Source: Macrostomum lignano (taxonomy: Eukaryota). From it: a stretch of 64,000 nucleotides of DNA. The notes under the pieces are model-generated. The model ran no database searches. It saw nothing but the letters and a program-made list of their open reading frames with translations, and was not told the DNA's origin. The position numbers and the translations under genes are program-made. Positions 34,391 through 46,522 of this stretch are shown in pieces (positions within the stretch are counted from its first letter, which is position 1; the number at the start of each line of letters is the position of its first letter). The stretch covers positions 55,663 through 119,662 of the forward strand of contig NIVC01003096.1 of the NCBI GenBank assembly GCA_002269645.1, in the 5' to 3' direction.

Positions 34391-35245
34391 CACAAGCATT
34401 AGCTAGCAGAAATGCATTCTTACAAAATTTATGCTTTTCAGAGGGAATTTTTTTTGCGCTGCAAATAATGAATGGTTTTGAAAAGATTGAAAAGATAGAA
34501 GTGCATGTGATTCCATATGAAGTTCGCATAATTTCCGCGTTGCTCATTAGCATAAATTATGATTATTCAGTGCTAGGATTGAGAACTTGCACAACCTGTA
34601 CTGTAGCGTCCTTCTGCTTGGAAAGCTCTGATGTCACAGCTATTCAGATCTGGTAGCTATTGATTATAATTCTCCTTTCTCAATGGGACGCAAGATCGGG
34701 TCTGAGTCAAGCCAGGGTCGAATACAAGTTGCTTACAAATGCGGCAGCAGACACGCAGTTGCAGTCAGCTGCTGGTCGGGCAGGGGCTCGCTGGTATCGA
34801 CCCACTGCGCCAGGGGAGGGGGGAGAAATTTCTAGAATTTTCCGCGCATTGTTGCACCTAATTGCGCGGTTTGTGAAATTTGAAAACAAAGGAAATAATT
34901 ATAGTTGCCCTGTTTACAACAGTCTACTGTTGTCAGTAGGCCAACCGAGATATGCAATGCTAAACATTTTGAAAGATTAAACTGGACAGAAACTGATCCA
35001 AGACTTTCTGTAAGTTCATTAATAGCGCTCAGCCTTAGTTAATTATCCCACTGGTGTCCCCTGGATAAACTCGGCTCCCTGCGAGCACCTTCAGCCCTAT
35101 TGGGTGCCGTAAATGGTGGCAAGTCTGGCAACTCTTATGGTAAACCTGCAGACAATTGTGGCTCGTTCACATCGACATCAAACGAGGCCCATTGTGTGTG
35201 ATCACACTGTACGAATGGGTGTGATTTGATGGTCAATTTGATGGC

Positions 35246-35743
35246 GGCTGGCTGGAGTCCAGCACCCCGAGCTCAGTGCGGGCATGGAAAGCTGGCTGGA
35301 GTCCAGCACCCCGAGCTCAGTGAGGGCATGGAAAGCTGGCTGGAGTCCAGCACCCCGAGCTCAGTGAGGGCATGGAAGCTGGCTGGAGTCCAGCACCCCG
35401 AGCTCAGTGAGGGCATGGAAGCTGGCTGGAGTCCAGCACCCCGAGCTCAGTGAGGGCATGGAAAGCTGGCTGGAGTTCAGCACCCCGAGCTCAGTGAGGG
35501 CATGGAAAGCTGGCTGGAGTCCAGCACCCCGAGCTCAGTGAGGGCATGGAAGCTGGCTGGAGTCCAGCACCCCGAGCCCAGTGAGGGCATGGAAAGCTGG
35601 CTGGAGTCCAGCACCCCGAGCTCAGTGCGGGCATGGAAAGCTGGCTGGAGTCCAGCACCCCGAGCCCAGTGAGGGCATGGAAAGCTGGCTGGAGTCCAGC
35701 ACCCCGAGCCCAGTGAGGGCATGGAAAGCTGGCTGGAGTCCAG
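35246..35743. repeat. 43/44-bp minisatellite, ~11 copies
   Basis: Unit gctggctggagtccagcaccccgagctcagtgagggcatggaaa. Confidence 0.95.
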
Positions 35744-36139
35744 TTGCTCCAATAGAAAACAGTGACATGGCCAAACAAGAGAATAAAGTAGAACCTTTTA
35801 AATTCAAAACGCGCGACCGCAAAACTCGGCCAAGCTATGATAATTGTATTGTTTATCGAGTAGCGCACATGAATAGCCTTGAGTCTCGATGCACGCACAT
35901 ATGTACAGACACTCGGGACAATACAAGCAGGCGGCACGCATGCATAGAACTGCTAAACAACAAAACAGCAGCACTACTAGCAGACCCTCTGCACGACCGC
36001 GCCCAAGCCTTGCAGATAAAAAAATAAATAGAAGTGAAACAGCGAGCTCTAACTAACTGGGAAGAAGCGATGCCGAGTTGCTTAACAGAGAAGAAACGAA
36101 GGTCAGTAGAAAAGGAGTTTTGATGAATGCAATCGGTGG

Positions 36140-38803
36140 TTAATGCTGAGGCATCCTGGGCTGCTGCTGCTGCATCACAATAGATGGGTCCACAGCTGGG
36201 AAATAGTTCAGGTACTGCTGCTGCTGAGGCTGCTGCCGAGGATCGCCCTGCATCTGCTCGATTGGCATCAGGCGCTTCGCCTGGCCGTCTCCCGACATCC
36301 ATTCCGGCATTCGCTGCTGCTGCTGAGGCGGTGGGCCGCCGCCACCGCGGCGCTGCTGCGAGTTGAAGCCGCCGCCACCACCGCGCCCGCGACCATAGAA
36401 CACCATGCCGCTGAAGCCCCCGCCGCCCCTGCCGCCAGGGCCTCCGCCTCCATCGCCGCCGCCGCCGCTGCCCGTCTGCTGGCGCGAGTTTCGAGACGCG
36501 TTCGCCCGCTCCCGCTGCTGCCGGTCGAACTTCTCTAGGTCGAGCTCGTACATGCGGGGCTGCTGCTGCTGGTCCAGCTGCTGCTGCGGCGGCCTTTGAT
36601 GCTGCCGTTGCTGTGGAAACCGCTGCTGCTGCGGGCGCGGATCCGCCGGTTCCTGGCGTTGGCGTCGGCCACCGTCCGACCTCTGGTTCCCACGCTGGTT
36701 CGAGCGCAGTCGCGGGTCCTGGGCGTCCCGGCCAAAGGATTCGGCCTGGCCCGCCTGCTGCTGCGGCGGTGGCTGCCTCGGCCGGCCGAAGCCTCTGCGA
36801 CCGCCGCCACCTTCCCTAGGCATCAACTGGGCAGGAGGCGGCGGCGCTGCAACTGCCGCGCTTTCGACTGCATCGTCTGATGAGCCGGGGTTCCTCGGCT
36901 GGACGCCGCGCCCGCGTCCGCGCCCGCGACGCTGCCTGCCGCCGCGCGGGCCCCCGGCCTCGGCTGGGCGCTGAGGCTCTGCTGGCTCAGCAGCACCGTC
37001 AGCATGGCTAATGTTGAACCCGTAGCGCTTAACCAACTCGGCAGGGGTCTTCGGGCTCTGCAGGTACTGGTCGAATCGGTCGTGCCGCCACTTGTCCACC
37101 GCGTCCGGGCCGCGCTTGGCTTGCCGCGGCTGCTTAGAGGCCTCAGCCGTGTCTACGCTGCCCTCCTCGCGGAGGTCGTGCATGTAGAAATTGCCCCGTC
37201 TGGGCACGAAGGCCGGGTCCGACTCGTCCTCTTCTGGGCTTTTTGGCGCCTCCTCACTTGGACTGCCAGCCTCCGCTGCCTCTGCGTCATCCTCGTCGTG
37301 CTCCACTCCAGCCTCTGCTCCGTATTCCTCTATCACTCCAGCCTCCTCTTCCTCTTCAGATCCGGCTTCCTTATTTCTTTCGCCTTCTACGACTTCCTCT
37401 TTAGCCTCTTTGACTTCTCTGGTCCCTTCCGCTCCAATTTCATCCTCCTCTTCAGCTTCATCCTCTCCAACTTCTTCTTCCTCTTCTCCAGCTTCTTCAT
37501 CCTCCTCTCCAACTTCTTCCTCTTCTCCAGCTTCTTCATCCTCCTCTCCAACTTCTTCCTCTTCTCCAGCTTCTTCATCCTCCTCTCCAACTTCTTCCTC
37601 TTCTCCAGCTTCTTCATCCTCCTCTCCAACTTCTTCCTCTTCTCCAGCTTCTTCATCCTCCTCTCCAACTTCTTCCTCTTCTCCAGCTTCATCCTCCTCT
37701 CCAACTTCTTCCTCTTCTCCAGCTTCTTCAACGTCTTCTACAGCTTCACCTTCCTCTCCAGCTTCGTCAACTCCAATTCCACCTTTATCTTCTTTTTCAG
37801 CGTCTTCACCCATCTCTCCGATATCCGTTTTATTTCCTTCTTGAGCTTCGTCGCCTTCAACTACAGCAACGTCTTTGTTTTCTTTCAACTCAATTTCCGC
37901 CGTTTCCGCTTTAACTTCTCCCTCTGCAGCCACAGCTTCATCACGCGACTCAGATTCGTCCATATTTGCACCAGCTTCCACATTCGGCTGCTCTTGGGAG
38001 TCGCGGCCCCCAGCTGCCTGCTCATCATCAACAGCGTCCGAGTAGACAGAGGACGAGCCCTCGCCCTCGACAATTTCGCCGCGTTCCGCAGTCACCTCTG
38101 CAGTCTCGGTCTGAGGCTTGTCAGCCGCAGATGCCTCATCGTCCTTCATCTCGGCCTGCTCATTCTGCTGCTCACCGCCAGCTGCAGCCGCAGATGCCTC
38201 ATCGTCCTTCATCTCGGCCTGCTCATTCTGCTGCTCACCGCCAGCTGCAGCCGCACTGCCCGTGCCAGCATGGGTTTCGGCATGATCAGTCTCCACCTGC
38301 TCGTCGGCAGCTGGAGCAACTCTAGCTTCATCAGTTTGAGCCCGCTCCTCTCCAGCTTCAGTTTGTTCAACTTGACCTGCTGTCACAGCCTGCTCTGCAG
38401 CCTCCACAGCTTCAACGACCTGATTATTCGAACTGGCAGGCTGCTCCACTTTCGGAGCCTCTGCGGACTCATCAGCAGACTCTGCCGCCTCATCACTGTC
38501 AGCTGCCTTCGCCTCAACAGCAGTCAGCCCAGCCTCCGAGCTCTCCTGCACTGGAGATGACGGATTTGGCTCTCCGCTCTCGCCCTCAGCCTGCGGCGCC
38601 GGCTCCTCAGCGGCTTCGACAAACTGCGCCGACTCGGAGCCGCCCGTGTCGCCGTCCTCGGAGACCGCGTCGCCAGCCTCGGTCTTCGGAGCCTCGGCAG
38701 CCGCGGTGCCGTCTTCGGCATCGGCAAATTCCGACTCTGTGGGATCGTCCTGCGCGTGCGAGTCCTGCAATTGAATTTGGCTGGGCTTGGATTCGATCCT
38801 CAT
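36140..38803 (-). CDS. CASC3: CASC3/Barentsz/MLN51 (exon junction complex component), 887-aa ORF
   Basis: SELOR/Btz domain DESDPAFVPRRGNFYMHDLR...DKWRHDRFDQYLQSPKTPAELVKRYGFNI, with a very long acidic N-terminus and an RG/Q/P-rich C-terminus. The true 5' end is uncertain. Confidence 0.9.
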   Translation of the reverse strand: MRIESKPSQIQLQDSHAQDDPTESEFADAEDGTAAAEAPKTEAGDAVSEDGDTGGSESAQFVEAAEEPAPQAEGESGEPNPSSPVQESSEAGLTAVEAKAADSDEAAESADESAEAPKVEQPASSNNQVVEAVEAAEQAVTAGQVEQTEAGEERAQTDEARVAPAADEQVETDHAETHAGTGSAAAAGGEQQNEQAEMKDDEASAAAAGGEQQNEQAEMKDDEASAADKPQTETAEVTAERGEIVEGEGSSSVYSDAVDDEQAAGGRDSQEQPNVEAGANMDESESRDEAVAAEGEVKAETAEIELKENKDVAVVEGDEAQEGNKTDIGEMGEDAEKEDKGGIGVDEAGEEGEAVEDVEEAGEEEEVGEEDEAGEEEEVGEEDEEAGEEEEVGEEDEEAGEEEEVGEEDEEAGEEEEVGEEDEEAGEEEEVGEEDEEAGEEEEEVGEDEAEEEDEIGAEGTREVKEAKEEVVEGERNKEAGSEEEEEAGVIEEYGAEAGVEHDEDDAEAAEAGSPSEEAPKSPEEDESDPAFVPRRGNFYMHDLREEGSVDTAEASKQPRQAKRGPDAVDKWRHDRFDQYLQSPKTPAELVKRYGFNISHADGAAEPAEPQRPAEAGGPRGGRQRRGRGRGRGVQPRNPGSSDDAVESAAVAAPPPPAQLMPREGGGGRRGFGRPRQPPPQQQAGQAESFGRDAQDPRLRSNQRGNQRSDGGRRQRQEPADPRPQQQRFPQQRQHQRPPQQQLDQQQQPRMYELDLEKFDRQQRERANASRNSRQQTGSGGGGDGGGGPGGRGGGGFSGMVFYGRGRGGGGGFNSQQRRGGGGPPPQQQQRMPEWMSGDGQAKRLMPIEQMQGDPRQQPQQQQYLNYFPAVDPSIVMQQQQPRMPQH

Positions 38804-38824
38804 GCCGACTGACTCAGCTGCTTT

Positions 38825-39250
38825 GGGGATTAGGATTGGGGAGGCTAATGAATGCAGTCAGCATTGGGGATTAGCATTGGGGAGGCTAATGAATGCAGTC
38901 AGCATTGGGGATTAGCATTGGGGAGGCTAATGAATGCAGTCAGCATTGGGGATTAGCATTGGGGAGGCTAATGAATGCAGTCAGCATTGGGGATTAGCAT
39001 TGGGGAGGCTAATGAATGCAGTCAGCATTGGGGATTAGCATTGGGGAGGCTAATGAATGCAGTCAGCATTGGGGATTAGGATTGGGGAGGCTAATGAATG
39101 CAGTCAGCATTGGGGATTAGCATTAGGGAGGCTAATGAATGCAGTCAGCATTGGGGATTAGGATTGGGGAGGCTAATGAATGCAGTCAGCATTGGGGATT
39201 AGCATTGGGGAGGCTAATGAATGCAGTCAGTATTGGGGATTAAGATTAGG
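38825..39250. repeat. 41-bp minisatellite, ~10 copies
   Basis: Unit ggggaggctaatgaatgcagtcagcattggggattagcatt. Confidence 0.95.
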
Positions 39251-39414
39251 GAGGCAATGAAAACCATCTGTAAATGCTAACATGGTTTATTACGTTATAG
39301 CTGCAGCCTGTAAGTAGATTGGGAATGCTTGAAAAACTAACAAAGTTCTGAGAATAGAATTTTGCATTTGCTCTTTAATCATTTTTTATGTTTTGGACTA
39401 ATGTAAATGCATAG

Positions 39415-40196
39415 GGCTCATTCCATATAAGATGGACATATTTGGAAAAAAAAGTCAATATTTTTGCTTGCCATTGCCTAATAATTAGCTTTTTTTTACC
39501 AAATGTTTATATTGTGCAATATATACAATCTAAGAATAAAGGAATGGTAAAATGTTGGATTAGTATGTTATCAATTGGCAAAAAGTCATTTTTGTAAAAA
39601 TTTGGACATTTTTCGAAGCAAAAGACATCATTAAGATTTTGTACCTTTTAAAAACAAATAGAAAGCTTTTGAAGGTTGAAACAAACTATAGATAAAAGTA
39701 TAGTACTTGCATCATCAGATAAAAGCATTGGTGACCAAATAATCTATTATATTTTTAATGTATTAGTACCTCAAAGTTACTGAATTGACAGAAAAAAATA
39801 TGTTACAACCATAATGTTACGACCATAAGGCTGCCTTTTCTTTTGTATCTTTGTTGCCTTTTGAGTTTATATATTCTAATAAAAGAGTATGATTTCTAAA
39901 GATGTTCTTAGTCAAATTTTAAAAATGTATTGCAAAATATCAAAAATGAAAAATGTTATAAGACTTTTACCTTTTAGTTTCTATATGTCAAAAATCCTGT
40001 CGTTACAACCATAAGTGTCATTTAAGGTTTAATAGCATCTATACTAATGATGATATCTATATGAAACTCTATAAATATATTCTAGACAAAATAATCTTTC
40101 ATTTAAAATATTGGTTTAGTATATTCTATTATTAGATTTCATTTTATAAGTAAAAATAACCTGTCATGTTACGACCATGCTTATATGGAATGAGCC
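39415..40196. mobile_element. AT-rich non-autonomous DNA transposon with 17-bp perfect TIRs and a 4-bp TSD (ATAG)
   Basis: ggctcattccatataag at 39415 and cttatatggaatgagcc ending at 40196, with atag on both flanks. An internal gttac(a/g)accat motif recurs. No ORF. Confidence 0.8.
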
Positions 40197-41045
40197 ATAG
40201 CACTAAGCATTATAAATTGAGTAATACTTAACAATAACATCATAACCTAACATGATCTTATTTATAATTTTAATATACAAAACATATATTGTATATATTC
40301 TAATAAATAATGTAATAAAGTCTCATAGATAGATTAGCAAATGTTAAGCCCACCATGTATTTTTAAATTCAAGTATTAACAAAATAAAAACCATCTAAAA
40401 CTTTAATAATTATATTTTAAGGTTTCATTAACAATAATAAAATATTAATATAGATTGCAAAACAATGTCTAATCAACTATATAATTATATATTAGATATT
40501 AATATATACTTGAAATAAAGCTATATAAAAATAAAGCTTAAATTTGAAATCAATATAATCAAAACCCTTATATATAGATAAAATTATAATCTTATAAAAC
40601 TTATAAATAATTTATTAATTAATCTAGAATTCAAGACAAATACAAATAAATCATTAAATATTATTAGGAAAAGGATTTTCAAACTTCTTTATTGGTAAAT
40701 AGGATAAAATAAAGGCCTAGTATAGGTTGTATATATATGCTTTAAGAATATTATACAAAGCTAAACTAGCTAAAGAATACTCAAATACCATTATTGTTAA
40801 ATAAGCATTACCAAAAGTGCCCTTTAAGCCTAGGTAGATCTACTCTACTCCTACCCTAGACCACTACTAATATAGGTATAAGATTGTAGCTAATCAACAT
40901 TAGGCTTACGCTAGGTCAACAAATGAAAATAAGTTTGGCCAATTGAATTGGTTTTTTAATATAAAAAAACCAATGTTAAAATATACATAGACATGTGTAT
41001 TAATTCTGCATGATGACTCATTTATCTCTTACCCCTTGGTTAGTT

Positions 41046-42749
41046 GGGTGCTGGTCATTTCGTCAACTGCTAGTTCGTCAACTGGGTTGACGAATTGACT
41101 AACATTTTAAGGTGGTCTCACTTGCAGTTGACGAAATGACCAAGGTTTTAGATTGGTTCATTAGTCAGTTGACGAAATGACCTGAGAGAATGTTAGTTAC
41201 TTCGTCTACAGTTTGCAAATGTCATAACATGTACATCAACTAACGCATGTCATATCCGCTTATTACCTTTGTTATTACTTCTGAATTCACCACAAAAAGA
41301 ACCACCGATGAACCAACTGACTTCTCTCAATTCATCTTCGCACCCACTAGAGGTCGGACGGGATCCCGATCCCGATCCCGAAATCTCGGGATCCCGAGGA
41401 AAATTGAATTCCCGCGGGACCAGAATCCCGACCCTAAAAAAGTCGAGATTCGGGAACAGGTCTTTCGATTAATAATTTATAGAATTAGTGATTACTTAAA
41501 GGTATTTTGCTTCAACTTGTACTTGTTATATTATTTACTTTGTTGGTTACAAAACTTCATATCAATTTTGTTGTGTTTTACTTCTTGATCTTGACAATCT
41601 TTTCTCAATTTTGTTTAACTTTACATGGACAATACACTAAAAGACCTGATCCCGATTCCCGATCCCGATCCCAAGAAAAAAATTATTCCCAATCCCGATC
41701 CCGCCCGAAGATTTCAATCCCGTCCGACCTCTAGCACCCACCCCCAAACTGACAACGTGCCCTATCTCTGTAACTTGAACCAGGGCCCCTTGCGCTGACA
41801 CCTGTTCTCTCAATCCATCTTCGCACCCACCCCCCCCCCAAGCTGTCAATGTGCGCCCTGTCTCTTTTACTTGAACCAGCGCCCATCGCGTTGACACCTG
41901 TTCTCTCAATCCATCTTCGCACCCACTCCCCCCCCCCAAGCTGTCAATGTGCGCCCTAGCTCGTGCGCCCTATCTTGGTCTTGGTTTCAAGCAAAACGTG
42001 GGTGGTGTCGGAGGGGAGGGGTAGGCAGGTAGGCAGTTCTTGTGAGGTGCGAATTGGCACCAGGTCTTATCCCCAACTATCATATCCCCAACTAACAACC
42101 CCACCAGCCAAACCAATCCAAAATACTTTAAACCTGACACTGCAACCTCCTCAAACACTATATAATGGAGTAGGGTTTCAGGAGGGCCACTCAATTTTTA
42201 CATCTTTGGATGGAGACTGATAAGTGTATTCAGTGCTCAGAGACTGTGCGGCCACGTCAACAGGCCATACAGTGCGATTCATGCCTATTATAGACATTAT
42301 GGTTAGTACCCTAGGAACTGCTCTTAAAAAATTAAAAAAGCACGTTTCTTCCTCGCAGGGCCCTTCCAAGAGCCGGTCCGTCTCACTGAAGTCTCGATGG
42401 AAGGTCAGCTTTATATTTGATTGTGACCTTTGTGGTGGCCTTTGTGATCTTTGTGATTTTGTGCAATGCATTTTCCTTTTTTACCATACAAACTGCATCT
42501 TTGTGGCAGTAACTCCGCCATTGTCTGGTCCCAAGCCCAGAATGAGAAAGGAGGAGGGCTGCATGCGGGGCGTGTATTATTGGCAGTTGACGAAGTGACC
42601 AAAAGTTGACATCGTCCCATTGAACCGTTGACGAAATAACCAAGCTTTGAAAGTATCCTATTGGTTGGTTGACGAAATGACCAATATGGGGAACGGGTTG
42701 ACGATGTGTCCAGTTGACGAAATGGCAGTTGACGAAATGACTAGGATCC
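41046..42749. mobile_element. 1.7-kb non-autonomous TIR element with GG termini and an 8-bp TSD (GGTTAGTT); superfamily uncertain (Merlin- or MULE-like)
   Basis: Left end gggtgctggtcatttcgtcaactgc versus right-end reverse complement ggatcctagtcatttcgtcaactgc. Subterminal gttgacgaaatgac motifs repeat at both ends, and ggttagtt occurs at 41038-41045 and 42750-42757. Confidence 0.78.
41348..41733. mobile_element. hAT-type MITE (386 bp) nested inside the 1.7-kb element
   Basis: Perfect 17-bp TIR TAGAGGTCGGACGGGAT, 8-bp TSD GCACCCAC (41340-41347 and 41734-41741), and subterminal gatccc repeats. Confidence 0.88.
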
Positions 42750-45126
42750 GGTTAGTTACCCTATAATTTTGTTGTCTAGCATATAGCCATCCCACTCCTA
42801 CTTACTATGTACATTTTAATATCAATTTTAAACTAATTAGCTAAAGTTATATAATATGTCTACTAATTAGAATTAATATATTTTGTTTTTGCTAGTTTGC
42901 TTGTCTAGAAAAGACTAAAAGAGATACTGACAACAATTAGACTTTTGTTCCACCTATAGTTATGGTTTAGGCCTAGGTTTCAGATTTGTTTAGCTACCTT
43001 ATACTATATTTAGGCTTATAAAATCATATACTTAATTATTTTTCAAACTTAACTGTAAGTTTTAATATGTGGGGTTTTCTTTTATTTTGACATGGCATAA
43101 TGAATCAAAGCTGCCTATCTATGCCTATATGGACAATGACATAGTAAGAAAACAATATATTGGCAATAGGGTTCATCTTAAGTTATATAAATCTCATTTG
43201 GAATTCTAATTCAACTTTTTAAAGTTCAAATAGCAGGCAGGAGCGGCCAATTGTCCTACTATTTATTATACAGGCCTGTTCTTTGAGGCTGGCATGGCAA
43301 GCTAAGTCTGATGACTATTGTACATAACTACTAACATAACTTGTCTTGATACTGGTATTGGTACTTATTGGTACTGGTATTGGTATTATTGGTATTGGTA
43401 CTGATACTGATATTGGTACCACTTGTCTTGATACTGTACTGAACTGATGGGCCACTAAGTCTAAGATTCAAGGCAATATGTTTTGCAACAACAATGCAAA
43501 GTCACTATCTACATTAAAGTTGACTGCAAAAGGCAAAAGCTTTTTTATACATATGTAATATTCAATAGGCAACTGTTTTATTTCGCATTAAAATGTGTAA
43601 AAAAGAGGTTTACGGAAATTTCGTCAATTAGACATTACGACAGCTCAACTCAGCAAATGGATTATAGCTGCACGTACATCTTTCTTGTTTAGGCGAAAAA
43701 AGTTATAATTTACAAATTGGGTATGGTTCTCGAATCAGAACAAGCAATATGAAAAGGCCGAATGTGATGTCAAATTTGTTTAAAACGCGTACACTCTAGA
43801 AAGTATCTTTTCGTAGAAACGACCGGCCCCTCCGATCAGTGGTCTGTCGTGCCTTTGCGCCGTGAGGTTGCCTTGTGCAGTTGTAAAATGCTTCGCAAGC
43901 TCCGAGATTCTCTGCTTGCCGAAAGGATGCCTGTGAATGCATGTAGGGATACATGCATGCTTGTACAATTATGTATAGCTGTGTAAGGCAATTGATTGCT
44001 GTATCTGCCTGCGTAATGAGGAGGCTATGCCATCTGCGGCTAACCCTAACAAACGACAAACTTACCACCCTGTAAACCTACTACGTTGGGCGTGACGTGC
44101 ATGGATGTGCAGCAGCAGCGTCTCGTCGCTCGACGAGCTCTCGGCCTTCAACCATGAGCTCAACATAACTAACAATGGTTGAACATGCGCAAATTGACCT
44201 GTACCGCCTCGCGAAACTGCAGATTTGCCAGCAGGCGGCCGTCATTATGTGGATGATGACTCGCGGCGTCACAGTAGCGAGAAATCTGCGGCAACTATGT
44301 GAGGTACAGCAGTGTGACCAGCACAAGCACCTGATAGTTTTGGGGCGGGCTGCATTCTTATCTTCGAATTTTAGCACTTAGACCCTTGACAGACGGCGTG
44401 TGGTTCTTATGAAGAAACTTATCGACAAAAAATGTTTCAGCACGAATTACCTATATGCATGTATGTAGACTTCTAGTTTAGTTTTTTAGAATTTTTATTT
44501 AACTACTGTTACTTCTGTTTTGAAAGGGGTGAAAGTTTGTGCGCGCATTTGCAAAAATGGTTGTTTGAAAACATTTGTGTTAAGCATCGGATAAATGTTA
44601 CTTTCAGTAGAGATGCAAGTTTTTACAGTTCATACGGCTCTAGAAACTTTATCACTATTTTCACTCGTCTATCCTAGATGACAGATGCTACAGTTTGTGT
44701 CCGGGCTGTGAGATGTGACTTGAGTGTCCGCGTTCCTGATGCAGTACGCCAGGATGTTGAGCTCAGAAAGCTCAGAGAAAAAGCACAAATATGCCCGACT
44801 TGAGTTTGAATCGAGAATGCAAAAATTCCTTTGCCTCTGACTGGAGAGCTGAGCACCTTTGACGATCTTGCAGCTGCCGGCTGCTTGCTTAATGCAAACT
44901 CAGCAGCTCAGCTCAACTCGATACGACATTGCGTCAGCTGCATCTGCTATTTTTGGCCCTGCTGTCTGCCTCACTGCCTGCACCTGTACGGGTTTTGTCA
45001 TTCCTGATTTAGCTCAGAGGGACCCGCGTCCTGTTGATGAAATTGCATACAAATTTTTTTATGAATGTTCCTGGAAAAAATTAATTTCTTCTGGGGCTCG
45101 GATCCCTATAATCTGCTCAAGAATTG

Positions 45127-45289
45127 CTCAGTTGATGGGGAATCGCTCAGGTGATGGGGAATCGCTCAGGTGATGGGCAATCGCTCAGGTGATGGGGAAT
45201 CGCTCAGGTGATGGGGAATCGCTCAGGTGATGGGGAATCGCTCAGGTGATGGGGAATCGCTCAGGTGATGGGGAATCGCTCAGGTGATG
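45127..45289 (+). repeat. 19-bp minisatellite (gatggggaatcgctcaggt), ~8 copies
   Basis: Same unit as the array at 53176-53981, but in the opposite orientation. Confidence 0.95.
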
Positions 45290-45819
45290 AGGTGAGTCTA
45301 CAGCATGCTGCAGAGGCCAAGTCAGAAGCAGGTGGCAGCCAAGGTGAGCTGCGCATAAAGGCCAACCCAAAGGCCATCGAGTGCATTCAAACTCTGTCAT
45401 GCAATTTCAAACTCTGCCGCCATAAGACGGCTCAAAGGCACGTCGAACCTTTAAGAGGCTGAGTAGATGAGGCAAAATCGGAAATCTCTGCGAATCACGA
45501 AAATAGGCATGATGCAATTAAAAACAGCCTCCATTCCTAAGCTGGCCGTCAGTGCAAAAGGTTGAATAGCAGTTTTATGCATTTAAAAGCATTGCAGATG
45601 CCACACTCCATGAACGAGATTGTTGTGGAAATTTTAGCGTTGACGTGTTGTTTGCACCTGCCTGCAGGTCATGAAAAACACCATGCAGCTATCTGCACTC
45701 TGTCTCCACTGCTCAGCTCCATGCACAATGAGCAGCTCACTGAGTCATCTGAGACTGCAATGTGAGCGAATCAAGGCCATACAGAAATCAGCATTCAGAC
45801 AGAAACCACTTCAGTCACA

Positions 45820-45957
45820 CAGTAGCCACTACAGTCACACAGCAGCCACTCCAGTCACACAGCAGCCACTCCAGTCACACAGCAGCCACTCCAGTCACAC
45901 AGCAGCCACTCCAGTCACACAGCAGCCACTCCAGTCACACAGCAGCCACTCCAGTCC
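45820..45957. repeat. 20-bp minisatellite (cagtcacacagcagccactc)
   Basis: Direct inspection. Confidence 0.9.
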
Positions 45958-46522
45958 CAAAAAGTAGATTCTGCCCTCCAGTCTGTCCTGCTTCAGTGCC
46001 CTGAAACATCCATTTTGGTGCCCTGTCCTGACTGAGCATCCATGATTGCAAGGTGCATTTTTTGCTCTTCGTCCCTTCCTTCCCTTCCTTTCCTTTCCTT
46101 CCCTTCCTTTCCTTTCCTTCCCTTCCTTCCTCATGTCCCGCCCTTCGTCACAGACAAAAATAGCACAGCATTTTTAAAGTCACTGGTAGGATGGCAAATG
46201 GTTTGAGACAGGGTGAGGTAACAGGCCCCAACTGCAACCCTGTAAGACAGCTGAATGCAATAAATTTGCAGCTCTATTTTCTGCGATGAGGTTTAGCAAG
46301 TGCCGTGCCAACATAAATGAATAAATGACCTTCAGAGAATGCATCGTAACTGAAAATTGGTCCTGTTTGTTTTTGTCAAAAATGGGCTGCAAGAAGTGGC
46401 TGGAGTTCTCTATAAAATGAGTCCATGGAGCAGCCTTAAAAAGACACTATGGTCTTGAGAAGGCTATGGGGCTGCAGGGCGAGCTATCTAACTGATTTCT
46501 AACTCTCAACTGCTACATCAGC

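Noticed and set aside
37004-38560. 518-aa plus-strand ORF rich in F/L/S that looks like a membrane protein
   Set aside because: Antisense shadow of the Glu-rich CASC3 repeat (GAA/GAG complements); no independent features
43780-45100. Short ORFs and moderately GC-rich patches (also 47570-48300 and 30780-32300)
   Set aside because: No recognisable domain, consistent splice model or terminal repeats; left unannotated
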